From an uncultured Candidatus Saccharibacteria bacterium (GTDB lineage: Bacteria; Patescibacteriota; Minisyncoccia; Phycocordibacterales; Phycocordibacteraceae), in the NCBI GenBank assembly GCA_964546795.1, contig CAZJKG010000001.1:61690-125689 (forward strand): a stretch of DNA of 64,000 bases. The letters are read 5' to 3'. A program made the translations under genes and the position numbers. The notes under the pieces were generated by a model. The model had not been told where the DNA came from. It saw only the letters and a list, made by a program, of their open reading frames with translations, and ran no database searches. This document shows, one piece after another, positions 28,814-38,171 of this stretch. Position 1 is the first letter of the stretch. Every line of letters starts with the position of its first letter.

Positions 28814-29652
28814 GGTGCATTTGGACTCGCTTGCAGAAGAGTATTGAGAAGCGACGCACCCGTATCGCGCAGAACGACCCAGGTGACCGAAAAGAGGTTG
28901 ATTGCAGGAATGATGCGCAGCGTGACCACGGGCGCGAGAGGGTCGCTGTCGATACGCGTAACCCTTCCTATCGCAAGCGCTCCCGGACCGGGGCCGAAGA
29001 CAGTATCGCCCACGGCAATACCCGCAGAGCGTGCAAGCGATGCTCTCATCACTCCCCCGCCAGAGCCCTCAATGGTGAGTGGAATATTTGAAGATCCGAC
29101 CCAGCCGTGAGTTACCATGCCCGGTGCCGAAAAAAGAGTCGCTTGAGAAAAATCGGCAAAGACCGACGAAACGACACCAATGGGCACTCCGCCCGGACCA
29201 AATACTTCCATACCGAGCGTGACGCCTGTATTCATTCCTTCAGCGAGCATGAGCGTATCGTACGAGCTTTCAGGCGGACGGGCGACGACGCCTGCGAGAA
29301 TCCCGGAAGCGCCATTGCGTTCTTTTGCAGAAGAAGCGGGTAACGTCGCAATGCTTGTCGTCTTCTGGAGAAGTGTACGATTCTCGTTCAAGAGGGCGGC
29401 ATTCTCATGCATGAGTGTTTCGTTCTGCAATGCGAGAGCTGCTGTATCGCCCAAACTGGAGAGAACAAAATGACTCTGTGCCGCAAGAGTATCCGCTACA
29501 CGAAAGATTGGTGTGAGTATAGACCAGAAGAAATTCGGCGCGACCAGGCGCAGGAAAAGCGCTAGAACTGCACCAGTAAGCGCGACAGTACCCCACGAAA
29601 AGCCCGTGGATGAAAGGAGCGCATTACGCTTCACTAAGAATGTCTTCTTCAT
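28810..29652 (-). CDS. mreC: rod shape-determining protein MreC
   Basis: TM anchor, coiled coil (LL.EN..L..), and Gly-rich beta domains. Its start overlaps the mreB end. Confidence 0.7.
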   Translation of the reverse strand: MKKTFLVKRNALLSSTGFSWGTVALTGAVLALFLRLVAPNFFWSILTPIFRVADTLAAQSHFVLSSLGDTAALALQNETLMHENAALLNENRTLLQKTTSIATLPASSAKERNGASGILAGVVARPPESSYDTLMLAEGMNTGVTLGMEVFGPGGVPIGVVSSVFADFSQATLFSAPGMVTHGWVGSSNIPLTIEGSGGGVMRASLARSAGIAVGDTVFGPGPGALAIGRVTRIDSDPLAPVVTLRIIPAINLFSVTWVVLRDTGASLLNTLLQASPNAP

Positions 29653-30676
29653 CGATGAAAAAATCTGTGTAAGGCGCAGGATTCTCGGTCACGATGCCCG
29701 CACCGCGCACGACGGCTGAGAGCGGGTCCGGCGCGACTCTGACCGGCACCCCGAGCATTTTCCCGAGTATCTGCGGTAAACCGCGCAAGAGCGCGCCGCC
29801 GCCGAAGACGGTCACGCCGCGCTCGAGGACGTCGGAAAGTAGTTCGGGAGGCGTCGCTTCTATGACTTCTTTCATGGCATCCATGAGCGCATCAAGAGAC
29901 GGCGCGATTGCTTCGCGGATATGCGCGTCGGTAAGCACTATCTCGCGAGGCAGCCCCGTCGCATAATCGCGGCCGCGTACGCTCCGCGAAAGTATCTCGC
30001 TAAGCGGCACGACTGCGCCGATTGTGATCTTGGCATCCTCAGCGGTGCGCTCGCCGATGCCGAGTTTGAACTCGCTACGCACGAAGTCCATAATGTTCTC
30101 GTTGAAACGATCGCCGGCGACATGCGAACTTTTGGCGGCGACAACGCCTTTGAGCGCAATCACGGCGATGTCGGTCGTACCGCCACCAATGTCGAGCACC
30201 ATCGTGCCGACGGCCTCGCTGACCGGCAGTTTCGCGCCTATCGCACCCGCAACGGTTTCCTCGAGGATAATCGCTTCGCGGGCGCCGGCGTTCTTTGCCG
30301 CATCGCGCACCGCACGGCTCTGCACGTTCGTCACGCCGGTCGGCACGCCGATGACGACCCGCGGACCGAACATTCGCGCATGACCGTCCTGCGCTTTATT
30401 GATGAAATACGTGAGCAGTTCCTCGGTTACTTCAAAGTCGGAGATGACGCCGTGGGAAAGTGGACGCACGACGCGAATGTGCGCAGGCGTTTTGCCAAGC
30501 ATGCTTTTCGCTTCCTTCCCCACGGCGACGACCTGATGGGTTTTATCGTTGACCGCCACCACCGAGGGCTCATTAATGACTATACCCTTCCCGCGCACAT
30601 ACACGAGCGTGTTCGCGGTCCCCAGATCGATCGCGATGTCATTACTGAAAAGCAAGTTTTTTGAGAAAAATGCCAT
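29624..30676 (-). CDS. mreB: rod shape-determining protein MreB
   Basis: IDLGTANTLVYV..KGIVINEPSVVA, plus actin-fold phosphate 2 and adenosine motifs. Confidence 0.9.
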   Translation of the reverse strand: MAFFSKNLLFSNDIAIDLGTANTLVYVRGKGIVINEPSVVAVNDKTHQVVAVGKEAKSMLGKTPAHIRVVRPLSHGVISDFEVTEELLTYFINKAQDGHARMFGPRVVIGVPTGVTNVQSRAVRDAAKNAGAREAIILEETVAGAIGAKLPVSEAVGTMVLDIGGGTTDIAVIALKGVVAAKSSHVAGDRFNENIMDFVRSEFKLGIGERTAEDAKITIGAVVPLSEILSRSVRGRDYATGLPREIVLTDAHIREAIAPSLDALMDAMKEVIEATPPELLSDVLERGVTVFGGGALLRGLPQILGKMLGVPVRVAPDPLSAVVRGAGIVTENPAPYTDFFIDEEDILSEA

Positions 30677-30682
30677 ACCGTC

Positions 30683-31927
30683 CTATGCAGCGAGGATTTC
30701 CTCTTTCGTTTTCTCCACGGTTTCACCGGTCACTCGATCAACCACTTCAAACGCACCAGTGGCGACAGTGTCTTTGCCGACCACGATGCGCTTTGGGATA
30801 CCGAGAAGATCGCTTTCCGCGAACTTTTCGCCGGCGCGCGCATCGCGGTCATCATAGAGGACTTCAATACCGGCGCGTACCAAACCCTCATAAAGGACAT
30901 CCGCTGCTTGGGCCACGGTGTCCCCGGGCTTCCCAAGACATACGAGGTGCATTGAAAACGGCGCAACTTCTTCCGGCCATACAAGCCCTTTACTGTCGGA
31001 AAGTGTCTCAACGATGATACCCATGAGCCGTGTCGGGCCGATGCCGTAACTTCCCATGACGACCGGTTTGCGCACGCCCGTCTCGTCCGCATACAGGAGG
31101 CCGAGCTGCTGGGAAAAACGTGTGCCGAGATTGAAAATATTTCCCGCTTCAATGGCGCGTTTCTCGATAAGTTTCTTTCTATCGAGCCCGAGTTTTTTGA
31201 GCGTTTCGTCAGTGCACACCTCCTTGTTGACCGCAATACGCTTTTCTTCGTCAATGAAAATCGTATCTTCTCCCGCCTCAGAAACTGTCTGGAATTCCTC
31301 AGAAAATTCGCTGAATATGCCGCCCGATGCGAATGTGGCATAGGTTCGGTCGCCCACACCTGTGCGTTTAAATACGTTTATGTACGCGGTGCGGACTTTG
31401 TCATACTGCGCCCTATGTTCCGCATCGTCTTTTGAGAAAGAATAGAGGTCTTTCATGAGAAATTCCTTGCCGCGCATGATACCGGACTTCGCGCGCAACT
31501 CATTGCGAAATTTATTCTGGAATTGATATGCATAAACTGGTAAGTCGCGATACGAGGAAATGTGTTCCGTCATGATGCGCGTGAGCGGCTCCTCGTGTGT
31601 GATGGCGAGCCCCGTCTCGCCGCCGCTCTTGAACGTCGTCTTGAACCAATTATCCACTTTATCGTCGTCCCAGCGGTCGGTACGCGACCAAAGCTCTTTG
31701 TCCTGGAGCGCGGTCATGACGATCTCCTGACCGCCGATAGCATTCATCTCTTCGCGAACAATCCCAACGATCTTATTAAGAGTGCGCAGGCCGAGCGGGA
31801 GATACGAATACACCCCCGCCATCTCTTTGTGAACGTAGCCGGCGCGGACCAAGAGTTGCGCGTTCTTCGCGACCTCGTCTGCGGGCGCTTCCCGTCGCGC
31901 CTTGGTGAAAAGCTCCGATTGCCTCAT
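30683..31927 (-). CDS. proS: prolyl-tRNA synthetase
   Basis: Class II motifs and a ProRS anticodon-binding C-terminus. ~415 aa form without the bacterial insertion domain. Start taken at the internal ATG (track ORF starts at TTG 31987). Confidence 0.8.
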   Translation of the reverse strand: MRQSELFTKARREAPADEVAKNAQLLVRAGYVHKEMAGVYSYLPLGLRTLNKIVGIVREEMNAIGGQEIVMTALQDKELWSRTDRWDDDKVDNWFKTTFKSGGETGLAITHEEPLTRIMTEHISSYRDLPVYAYQFQNKFRNELRAKSGIMRGKEFLMKDLYSFSKDDAEHRAQYDKVRTAYINVFKRTGVGDRTYATFASGGIFSEFSEEFQTVSEAGEDTIFIDEEKRIAVNKEVCTDETLKKLGLDRKKLIEKRAIEAGNIFNLGTRFSQQLGLLYADETGVRKPVVMGSYGIGPTRLMGIIVETLSDSKGLVWPEEVAPFSMHLVCLGKPGDTVAQAADVLYEGLVRAGIEVLYDDRDARAGEKFAESDLLGIPKRIVVGKDTVATGAFEVVDRVTGETVEKTKEEILAA

Positions 31928-32041
31928 GCTCTGCAGTATACGCCCACCAAACCGGCTCGGCAAAACAAATTTCGCAGCCATCCACAATTTGTCGCTATAG
32001 CGACAAGTTGTGGATGGCTGCCCTTTTGAGTGGATACGCGC

Positions 32042-33175
32042 CTAGTGGACAATCTTGAAGATGTCGTGCGCCGTGACGACGACCATAAGAAGGACAAGAA
32101 AGACGAAGCTGATTGCATTAGCCGCGCGAGTGACGTTTACATCGATGGGGCGGCGGATGACGCTTTCAATGAGCACAAAGAGGAGCCGGCCGCCATCAAG
32201 CGCGGGAATGGGAATGAGATTGATGAGCGCAAGATTGATGGAAATAATCGCCATGATGGAGAGGAGATATTCAAATCCTTGTACCGATGCGGAACCGACG
32301 ACGCCCGCGATGCCGATGGGGCCTGCCACCTGCGAAAGGTCAGCTGAAAATGTGAAGACGCTGTAGAAAAAATGCCAGAGTCCGACTGCGGTGAGTTCGG
32401 TTGCGCTCCAAGTGAGCCGTGTGCCCTCTATAAGAGCCGCGCCGAAAGAGAGCGGTACAACGCCGATGGTAGCCACTTCAACTCCAAGCGCGTAGCGGCT
32501 TGGGTCGGCACTCGCAACGCCCGCTGCGGGCGTTGCGCTAATACTACGAACGTTCTCAGCATGCTTCACCATGAGAATGATTTCATTTCCGCCGCTTTGT
32601 GCAATAAATTCTGAAAAACTTTGAGGGTCCACAGCATGCCAGTCCCCCGCCGCATCATGCGCACTAAGTATTGAGTCGCCCGGTAGAAGTCCTGCAAGAG
32701 CCGCGGGCGAGCCGGGGAGCACGTTCGCGACCGCAAGTTCTGCACTACGAGCGTTTTGAATTTCATCCTGAGACAGCGCACGGGGCGTTCCGATGACGAG
32801 CGCGCCGGTGATAAGCACATAAGCAAAAAGGAGATTCATCGCGACACCGGCAATGAGCACAAACGCCTGAAGGATGCGCGGGCGAGCGGAAAACGAGCGT
32901 GGATCCACCCCTCCGCCTGCCTGCGCAGACAGACCATCCTCGCCGTATATCTTCACGAAACCGCCAAAAGGCAGCCAGTTGAGGGTGTACAGTGTCTCGC
33001 CCTTTTTTGCGATGACGGCCACGCGCGGCGGATAGCCGAGCCCGAATTCATCAACACGCATTCCCGAGAGTTTCGCTGCGACGAAATGTCCCAATTCATG
33101 TACTACGATAAGCGCAACGATAACGACGATAAAAATGAAAATAGTCACGAAGCGTATTATAGCAGAGCAATGAAT
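32042..33175 (-). CDS. rseP: RIP metalloprotease RseP (site-2 protease)
   Basis: HELGHF zinc motif, PDZ domain, LDG motif, multiple TM helices. The true start is unclear: the track ORF reaches 33256 but runs through an inverted-repeat element. Confidence 0.75.
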   Translation of the reverse strand: MHCSAIIRFVTIFIFIVVIVALIVVHELGHFVAAKLSGMRVDEFGLGYPPRVAVIAKKGETLYTLNWLPFGGFVKIYGEDGLSAQAGGGVDPRSFSARPRILQAFVLIAGVAMNLLFAYVLITGALVIGTPRALSQDEIQNARSAELAVANVLPGSPAALAGLLPGDSILSAHDAAGDWHAVDPQSFSEFIAQSGGNEIILMVKHAENVRSISATPAAGVASADPSRYALGVEVATIGVVPLSFGAALIEGTRLTWSATELTAVGLWHFFYSVFTFSADLSQVAGPIGIAGVVGSASVQGFEYLLSIMAIISINLALINLIPIPALDGGRLLFVLIESVIRRPIDVNVTRAANAISFVFLVLLMVVVTAHDIFKIVH

Positions 33176-33270
33176 CAGGGTATGCTGTTTTGGAACCGCA
33201 TAATTTCCTGCTGAAAATTTGCTCTGGCTCGCGCCGCCGCGCTCCGCACGTTCCAAAACAGCATACCCTG
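33176..33270. repeat. 21-bp perfect inverted repeat flanking a ~53-nt loop, between rseP and frr
   Basis: CAGGGTATGCTGTTTTGGAAC ... GTTCCAAAACAGCATACCCTG. Confidence 0.6.
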
Positions 33271-33285
33271 TATTCGTGCTCTATG

Positions 33286-33837
33286 TTATTGCGCGATCTC
33301 GGTCTCTTTCTTCTCAAGCATTTTCGCGAGAGCATCGTTGCCAGCATCAATGTATTTCTGCGCTTCGGCTTTCAGGCGCATCAGCTCGTCTTTCCCCATG
33401 CCGCCTTCTTTCGCGGACCCATCAAGCGCTTTGAGCGCATCGGTGCGATGCGAGCGCAGCGTCACTTTCGCCTGTTCGGTTTTATCGCCTGCGATCTTTG
33501 AGAGTTGCTCGCGTCGCTCGCTAGTCAGCGCCGGAAAGGTAACGCGCAATCCCTGATCATCAGTCGCGATGCCGATGCCGAGATCAGCGTCGGTAATTCC
33601 CTTCTCTATTGTTTTCAAAAGCGTCATATCCCACGGAATGATGCGTATCGTACGAGCATCTTCAACTGAAACGGACGCAAGTTCGCGGAGCGGCGTGCGT
33701 GTGCCATAGGCCTCGGGCTTCACTGCATCAAGCAAGGTCGGTGTCGCACGGCCGGTACGGACTCCCGAGAGCTCGCGCGAGAGCCATTCCTCGGTCTCTT
33801 TGATACTCGCTTTTAATTTTGAGAAATCGTATGCCAT
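33286..33837 (-). CDS. frr: ribosome recycling factor
   Basis: Full-length RRF pattern (LSGVRTGRA.P.LLD.V ... IPWD). Confidence 0.9.
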   Translation of the reverse strand: MAYDFSKLKASIKETEEWLSRELSGVRTGRATPTLLDAVKPEAYGTRTPLRELASVSVEDARTIRIIPWDMTLLKTIEKGITDADLGIGIATDDQGLRVTFPALTSERREQLSKIAGDKTEQAKVTLRSHRTDALKALDGSAKEGGMGKDELMRLKAEAQKYIDAGNDALAKMLEKKETEIAQ

Positions 33838-33866
33838 AGGATAGGTGATAGGTTGTAGGGAGTAGT

Positions 33867-34586
33867 TTATAGTAAATTCTTTGGTATGACGAGTGAGAGA
33901 TGTTCCAGGATCATGCGCACCGGCGCGCTGCGGTCATAGAGATAATTCCGCAAAATTGCAATGTCTGAAAGAAGGTCGGCGATAGCTCCGCTATCGCCGA
34001 CCTTCTTCAGCCGCCGATAAGCCGCGACCTCTACGCCGTTCATTATCGCTATCGCTTCGTCGCGATGTTCCCGCCGTTCCTCCTCATCCTTCCCTGTCGT
34101 AATCTTTTTAATTATTGCGCTGCGCTTTTCCTTACTCGCTTTCATAAACTCTTCCGCTTCCTCCGGAATGTGGGGCATCGGAAGTCCTACATTGGCGTCG
34201 AGTACGCCCACGCGCGATCGTAGTGTCGGCAAGATTCCTCCGAATGTTGGTATCACGAGAAAAATGTAAGTACCAGAAGGCGGCTCTTCAAAAAGTTTCA
34301 GAAGTGCATTCTGTGCCTCGTGATACGCACGGTTCGCGCTGATAATAAGCACCTTATGCTCACCCCTGAAAGGCGCTCCCGCGGCGAACTCCGTTACTCG
34401 CCGTGCATCTTCAACCGAAAGCAGCCCGTAGCGCAAAACGACGATGTCGGGATTCCCTTTTACTTTCATTTTGAGCTCCCGCTCCGCCCACGCCTGCGCT
34501 ATCTCAATCCCCTTTTCTGCTTCCGCCTCAATAACGAACGCATGATGCCGCATGTGTCGATTATAGCCCGCATCTGCTAGTTCCAA
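33867..34586 (-). CDS. holB: DNA polymerase III delta'-like subunit (short form)
   Basis: NALLKLFEEPP motif, and an AAA+ lid-like region. Confidence 0.55.
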   Translation of the reverse strand: MELADAGYNRHMRHHAFVIEAEAEKGIEIAQAWAERELKMKVKGNPDIVVLRYGLLSVEDARRVTEFAAGAPFRGEHKVLIISANRAYHEAQNALLKLFEEPPSGTYIFLVIPTFGGILPTLRSRVGVLDANVGLPMPHIPEEAEEFMKASKEKRSAIIKKITTGKDEEERREHRDEAIAIMNGVEVAAYRRLKKVGDSGAIADLLSDIAILRNYLYDRSAPVRMILEHLSLVIPKNLL

Positions 34587-34681
34587 GCGATATTGACAGA
34601 TTCATATTGGTATGCTAAGGTAGCTATAGAAAAAGAAGTGTGTCTAAATGAGACAGTTAATCCCAGAAAAGGAGGGGCGTA

Positions 34682-35023
34682 ATGAGTATTGGGAAATTAA
34701 TCTTGGCGTTTGGTTGTTCGGCTCTGTTTGGTGGTCTGTTGTTTGGTTGCGATGGAAACACGGATCCGTGGGCGCGAGTTCGTGCCGAACCGACTATCAC
34801 TGATTGGTCACCCGAATCAACCATTACGACCGAGGGAGAGGTCAAGAAAGTGTTAGCGCTCAACGTTGGACGTGTGCTCGTCAAACGCGACGGTCATCGG
34901 GATTTGTTCTCCGTGTTGGTCATTCCCTTTAGGAAAATTCCAGTTGGATCGAAGGTCGAAGTTGTCGTGGTCGAGGATAGGCAGAGCATCGGGACGATCT
35001 CGGTATTCTTTGTCGTAAAGTGA
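34682..35023 (+). CDS. hypothetical lipoprotein
   Basis: Signal peptide with lipobox LLFGC. Confidence 0.35.
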   Translation: MSIGKLILAFGCSALFGGLLFGCDGNTDPWARVRAEPTITDWSPESTITTEGEVKKVLALNVGRVLVKRDGHRDLFSVLVIPFRKIPVGSKVEVVVVEDRQSIGTISVFFVVK

Positions 35024-35158
35024 AGACAAATCTCTGAGGGCTCCTGGCGGAAACGCTTGGGGTCCTCTTCTTTTTTACTACCGAGCGAGAGAGTGGAAAG
35101 AGAGATTCTGAGCTCTCTTTCCCGAACGAGCGAAGGGAGCAAGCCCTGCTCTGAGGGC

Positions 35159-36184
35159 TTATTGCTTCGCTAAAATGCTTTTCTGATACGTATCCAGGTG
35201 CTTCAGCGCGATGCCGGTGCCGCGCGCGACACAGTAGTAGGGGTCTGATGCGATCTTCGCTATCACACCGGTGCGGCGGTACACAAGCTCCGACATTTGT
35301 CGCAATTGCGAGGAACCGCCGGTCAGAATAATGCCGTTATCAATAATATCGGCCGCGAGCTCGGGCGGGGTTTCCTGCAGCACTTTGCGTATCGCTTGCG
35401 TCATCTCGCGCAATTCCCTTCCCATCGCTTGCACCAAGTCATTGGTCGAGAGTTCAATAGTACGTGGCAAGCCGTTCATGAGGTCGCGGCCTTTGACCGC
35501 TAGAGAAAGTTCTTCATTCATCGGCACCGCGGCTCCTATCTTTATCTTCACTTCTTCCGCGGTCTTGTCGCCTATCGCGAGATTGTGCTGTTTCTTCACG
35601 TAGTCAATGACTGCCCTATCCAGGCGGTCGCCCGCACACTTCACGCTCGTAGAGGCGACGATGCCGCCGAGCGATATCACGGCAACGTCTATCGTGCCGC
35701 CGCCGATGTCCACAACCATGCGCCCCATCGGTTCGTGAATGGGAATGCCCGCGCCGATGGCCGCAAGTATCGGCTCCTTCACCACATACGCGTTCTTCGC
35801 ACCGGCCTTCATTGCCGCTTCAATAACCGCGCGTTTCTCGGTGGACGTCACTCCCGCGGGAACTGAGACGAGGACGGTCGGTTTGAACGGATTCCGGCCG
35901 AGCGCTTTTTTCATGAAATAACGCAACATCGCTTCGGTCACGCGATAGTTTGCGATAACGCCATCTTTCATCGGGCGATACGCGATGATGTCGTCCGGTG
36001 TGCGACCGATCATCTGCTTCGCCTCGGTACCGATGGCGAGGATAGAGTTACCGCCTCGTTTGCTGTGCGTTTTGCCTACGGCGACGACCGATGGTTCGTT
36101 CAGAACGACGCCCTTGCCGGGCACAAAGACGAGCACATTGGTGGTGCCGAGGTCAATGCCGAGCTTTGGAGAAAAGAAAGACAT
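35159..36184 (-). CDS. MreB/Mbl-like actin homologue (second copy)
   Basis: GIDLGTTNVLVFV.GKGVVLNEPSVVAV is an MreB-family sequence distinct from the 29624-30676 copy. Confidence 0.8.
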   Translation of the reverse strand: MSFFSPKLGIDLGTTNVLVFVPGKGVVLNEPSVVAVGKTHSKRGGNSILAIGTEAKQMIGRTPDDIIAYRPMKDGVIANYRVTEAMLRYFMKKALGRNPFKPTVLVSVPAGVTSTEKRAVIEAAMKAGAKNAYVVKEPILAAIGAGIPIHEPMGRMVVDIGGGTIDVAVISLGGIVASTSVKCAGDRLDRAVIDYVKKQHNLAIGDKTAEEVKIKIGAAVPMNEELSLAVKGRDLMNGLPRTIELSTNDLVQAMGRELREMTQAIRKVLQETPPELAADIIDNGIILTGGSSQLRQMSELVYRRTGVIAKIASDPYYCVARGTGIALKHLDTYQKSILAKQ

Positions 36185-36251
36185 TGTCTATATAGTATCG
36201 CTCTCGGTGCCCTCGTGCAAAGCGTAAGAACAAAATGGTACGATACCCAGA

Positions 36252-37562
36252 ATGCAAGGGGAAATGAATTTCATCGTTGAGGGTGGACGGAAGCTTTCCG
36301 GAAGAGTTGAGACGAGCCGCTCCAAGAATGGTGCGGTTGCCCTTTTGGCCGCCTCGCTTCTAAATCGCGGCCGGACGACCTTGGAGCATGTGCCGAAAAT
36401 CGAAGAAGTGAATCGCCTTATTGAAGTGCTCCGCTCGATTGGCGTCAAAGTTGAATGGCACGGAACGAATGTCGTCATAGAGCCACCGAAAACATTTTCT
36501 CTCAAGACAATCGACCGCGCAGCCGCCGCAAAAACGCGCAGCATTTTGATGTTCATCGGCCCCTTGCTCCACTTTTTTAGAAAATTTGAATTGCCGCAGT
36601 CGGGCGGCTGCACGCTCGGACTTCGCAGCGTGCGTCCGCACCTCATGGCGCTCGAGAAATTCGGTGTCGCGATAGAAACGCTCTCCGACAGGTATCACAT
36701 TGCCCACACCAAACTTACTCCGGCAGAAGTTATTCTCTACGAATCAAGCGATACCGCGACCATAAACGCGCTTCTGGCGGCCGCATGCATCCCGGGCACG
36801 TCCGTCATCAAATACGCTTCGGCGAATTATCAGGTGCAGGAATGTTCTGGTTTTCTGCGCGTCCTCGGCGTTTCCATTGACGGCATTGGTACGACGACGC
36901 TCCGAGTGAAAGGCGTCGGCAATATACGCAAAAATATTTCCTATAGCGTGGCGGAGGACCCGACCGATGCGATGTTCTTTATCGCGGCGGCAGCCGTGAC
37001 CGGCTCCGCCATCACGATTACGGCCGCGCCCATAGAATTTCTCGAAGTAGAACTGTTAATCCTGGGGAAAATGGGCTTGAAATACACATTATCAAAACGG
37101 AGAGTATCGGAAAACGGCATCACAAAACTCGCCGATATTTCTGTAAAACGTTCCACACTCATCGCGTTCCCTGAAAAAATTCATGCGCGGCCCTACCCGG
37201 GTCTTAATATCGATAATCTTCCCTTCTTCGCCGTTATCGCTACGCAGGCGCAGGGCACCACACTCATTCACGATTGGGTATATGAGAAGCGAGCGATTTA
37301 CTATACCGAACTCGATCGGCTCGGCGCCACGACTATTCTCCATGACCCCCACCGTATTTCTATCGAAGGACGGAAAGATCTCAAGGCCGCGGAAGTCATT
37401 TGCCCGCCTGCACTAAGACCCGCGACCATCATCCTCGTCGCGATGCTCGCGGCAAAAGGACGTTCCATGCTGCGTAATGTCTATAGCATTAACCGCGGCT
37501 ACGAGGATATCGTGACCCGCCTCACGCACCTCGGCGCCTCCGTCAAGGTGCATATGGGCTAA
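36252..37562 (+). CDS. murA: UDP-N-acetylglucosamine 1-carboxyvinyltransferase
   Basis: EPSP-synthase-fold protein of ~430 aa, with an N-terminal K.NG...LLAASLL segment and an overall MurA pattern. Confidence 0.85.
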   Translation: MQGEMNFIVEGGRKLSGRVETSRSKNGAVALLAASLLNRGRTTLEHVPKIEEVNRLIEVLRSIGVKVEWHGTNVVIEPPKTFSLKTIDRAAAAKTRSILMFIGPLLHFFRKFELPQSGGCTLGLRSVRPHLMALEKFGVAIETLSDRYHIAHTKLTPAEVILYESSDTATINALLAAACIPGTSVIKYASANYQVQECSGFLRVLGVSIDGIGTTTLRVKGVGNIRKNISYSVAEDPTDAMFFIAAAAVTGSAITITAAPIEFLEVELLILGKMGLKYTLSKRRVSENGITKLADISVKRSTLIAFPEKIHARPYPGLNIDNLPFFAVIATQAQGTTLIHDWVYEKRAIYYTELDRLGATTILHDPHRISIEGRKDLKAAEVICPPALRPATIILVAMLAAKGRSMLRNVYSINRGYEDIVTRLTHLGASVKVHMG

Positions 37563-37584
37563 GAGAATGGGCGAAGCAGAAAAA

Positions 37585-37674
37585 GATAGTTGGACTTGGC
37601 CTCTCGAACCGGAGCGACCAATTTTTCTTGCCTGTACTCAGGATTAGAAAAATGGAAGTGCTCTTGTGGTGCGC
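37585..37674 (-). repeat. intergenic repeat family A, copy 2 (reverse orientation)
   Basis: Its reverse complement aligns to 3580-3671 with about 80% identity, including a compensatory GCCCG/CGGGC -> CCTG/CAGG stem change. Confidence 0.7.
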
Positions 37675-37717
37675 TAGCTTTTTCTGCTTTGCTCGTGAAC
37701 GGCTATACTGTAAAGGT

Positions 37718-38011
37718 ATGAAATCCATCCGTGACATTCTCCCCGATATCAGGAAAAAGGCGGCCGCCGCGCCGAAAGGAAGGAAACGGCAGACGGAACG
37801 CGGCGAGCTGATGCGTTTCTTCCTCCGCCACTTAAATCATTCCCGCGCGCACGATGGTCTCGCGCCCATGACTATGGCGCATCTGGGCACCGTCCTTGAG
37901 AAAATACCCACGCAAGACCTCTACTACCTCAAGAGCGTGTGCAGCCAGGCAAAGAATTTCGGCAAAAAATTCTGGTGGGAATTGGATCCAACAAAACATC
38001 TGTCCCGCTGA
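37718..38011 (+). CDS. hypothetical protein (97 aa)
   Basis: ATG preceded by AAAGG and a TATACT box. Basic, no motif. The track ORF upstream of this ATG is a translation of repeat A. Confidence 0.3.
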   Translation: MKSIRDILPDIRKKAAAAPKGRKRQTERGELMRFFLRHLNHSRAHDGLAPMTMAHLGTVLEKIPTQDLYYLKSVCSQAKNFGKKFWWELDPTKHLSR

Positions 38012-38171
38012 TTTTTTGTTATACTGCAGCACCTGCCCGGTAGGACAACATAGCATCATGTCTACACTCCAAAAGTAATTTGTGCGACGCACGATAACGA
38101 TGCATTATGTACGCTATGAACTCATCAAGACGTATGACACGGGAAGTAATGCCATGTTGTACTGACCGGGC

